A DNA stretch of 54,835 nucleotides, the filler included, from Sluysia triapertura (taxonomy: Eukaryota), in the NCBI GenBank assembly GCA_046118255.1. It is 4 parts of 4 records of this genome, joined end to end, with 100 filler letters (N's around TTAATTAATTAA, not from the genome) between each part and the next. Parts side by side here need not be neighbours in the genome. Positions count along the whole stretch, not along the records: positions 39,914 to 54,835 come from JBJNIA010244102.1; 3 more parts are not named here. One strand, 5' to 3'. The translations under genes and the position numbers were made by a program. The notes beneath the pieces were generated by a model. It was not told the DNA's origin. It ran no database searches and worked only from the letters and a program-made list of their open reading frames with translations. This document shows, one piece after another, positions 52,987 through 54,835 of the stretch. The stretch's first letter is position 1; each line of letters begins with the position of its first letter.

Positions 52987-53894
52987 TTGTTGAAATAAGA
53001 ATTACTTAGAGTAATTCTATCGCAAATTATACTATCTTTTATTTTTATTTTTTGTAACAAAGTCTTTTAATCATTTTTAATAAAATTTCTTAGTTCTTAT
53101 TAAATAGCTTTAAATATAAAAAGATAGCACGAAAAAGATTTCCATAGTTATATTTTAATTCTAACTACGTAAAATACTTATTAACGATCCTTTTCATCGG
53201 ATCTACGTAAAATATCAATTAAATTATTATTTTTGATTATATTTTTATACAACTCCAGATTTTCTAAAAGATTCAAAAAGTAATAGTAATAATAATAAAA
53301 CCAAATAAAGAAGTTTTTAATTAACGTTGCACTTCGAGGAAATTCTTTTTCACTTTTATCTACAAATCCAACGGTTGGCCCTAACTGGTAAGTCCAGTAC
53401 GTTGGTGAACTCACGTTGTTCTTTCACTTTGCACTAAATTTCTCACATTGTTTTAATTTATATTGTTCTTAACGTTAATAAAAGATTCATTTATTTGTTT
53501 AATTTGTCACAACAATGTTTAAAGTATTTTAAGATTAAATTATTGTTAAAGTTAAAAAATTTTAAAATTTCTTTTAAAAATATAAAAAATAAAATTTCAT
53601 CAATGTTTCATCGCAAATTTTCGGCTAATTTTATGACAAAAATGACGCCATCACTAAAATTACTAAAACATACGTCAAAGAAACGATTTTTTTAATTATT
53701 AAATTAAAAATTATTAATTAATTAATCGAAATAATAATGTTAAAATTAACCATTTTTTGTTACATATCAGAAATACTTTTCTAAATGAAGAATAATTCGT
53801 ATTTTATTCGTGGTGGTCAAATTATAAGTCAAAAACAGGAAAAATATGTTTTTCTTTGGTTTTCTTAATATTTGCTCATCACTGAATGTGTAAG

Positions 53895-54248
53895 ATACGG
53901 AATGATAGATATTTGGTGAAACTATCTACGATGAATCATAAAGCTACTAGCATGACTTTACAGAAGCAGTTAGAGACTTGCGGAATTAACGTTAGTGCCA
54001 GAACAGTCGGAAGAAGACTTGAGGACAATGGTTTGCGAGCGAGACGGTCCGGAAAAGCCTAAGTTGACACCAGGAATGATAGTAAAAGGTTGGTATGAAG
54101 CAAGCAACATCAACATTTAACCAGAGTCAAGTGTGTTTTAGTGACGAGTAGTCCTTTCAAGTATTGGATGACAAGACCACCTTTTTAAGGAGACCTAATG
54201 AGAAGCTTCACTCTGATTATGTCATAGAAACTGTGAAAGATCCAACAG
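53895..54248 (+). mobile_element. Tc1-like transposase fragment (second HTH to first catalytic Asp), disrupted
   Basis: RNDRYLVKLS..N.KATS..LQKQL...GINVSARTVGRRL..NGLRARR / KPKLT / VCFSDE*SF...RRPNE.LH.D....TVK. Confidence 0.9.
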
Positions 54249-54835
54249 TTTTAGTCTTTAGTTTAGTAATAAATAAATTACTATGAAAATTGTGAGTAGT
54301 TAAAGTGATTTTTTATATAAAATCATTAGAATATATTCTAGACTTAAAACATAAGCAAACAAATATCATTTAATGAGAATGAGAAGTTAAAAAGTTTTGG
54401 AAATTTGTCCATCAATTTAACAATATCTACAAAATAGAAATATTAAAGTAATATGTTTTCATATTTCTAAAGAAACATTAATTGCAATAAAAAATAAAAA
54501 TACATAAAATTCAAATTTATGCAACTACTGATTATTGTAGATAATACAAAATTTTCCGTTTAATTAAACTAATTACGAAAACAAATGAAATTATAAAAAT
54601 GAGATAAAATTTTGCGATGAAAGAATTATCATTAATNNNNNNNNNNNNNNNNNNNNNNNNNNNNNNNNNNNNNNNNNNNNNNNNNNNNNNNNNNNNNNNN
54701 NNNNNNNNNNNNNNNNNNNNNNNNNNNNNNNNNNNNNNNNNNNNNNNNNNNNNNNNNNNNNNNNNNNNNNNNNNNNNNNNNNNNNNNNNNNNNNNNNNNN
54801 NNGTTACAGTTATTATTAAATATTATAATTATTAC

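Noticed and set aside
1-54835. CRISPR array or prokaryotic operon
   Set aside because: No regularly spaced identical repeats with unique spacers, and the content is eukaryotic (spliceosomal-type introns, myosin II, LINE, mariner).

Overview
Very AT-rich eukaryotic, most likely animal, DNA dominated by decayed transposable elements, microsatellites and broken gene fragments. The species cannot be assigned from the sequence alone. Three identical 100-bp spacers (44 N + TTAATTAATTAA + 44 N) look like artificial contig linkers, so the window is probably four unrelated pieces: 1-17216, 17317-28572, 28673-39813 and 39914-end. Recognisable mobile content: (i) a decayed retroelement with a Ty3/Gypsy-type gag and CCHC knuckle, no detectable pol, and a chuvirus-like envelope glycoprotein; (ii) two ~158-bp TGTT..AACA elements with 4-bp target-site duplications (TSDs), each carrying an internal tRNA-Ala-derived sequence; (iii) DNA transposon relics (mariner, Tc1, a hAT MITE, a TGT..ACA MITE and a 2.8-kb TAG..CTA element), an L2-type LINE 3' end, and an abundant unclassified C/A-skewed repeat. 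Host-derived content: pseudogene fragments of ChaC, hillarin/KY and myosin II, an intact calumenin/reticulocalbin-like exon, two paralogous FN3-like ORFs, and an 11-aa coding minisatellite. All homology calls come from motif recognition by eye; no searches were run.
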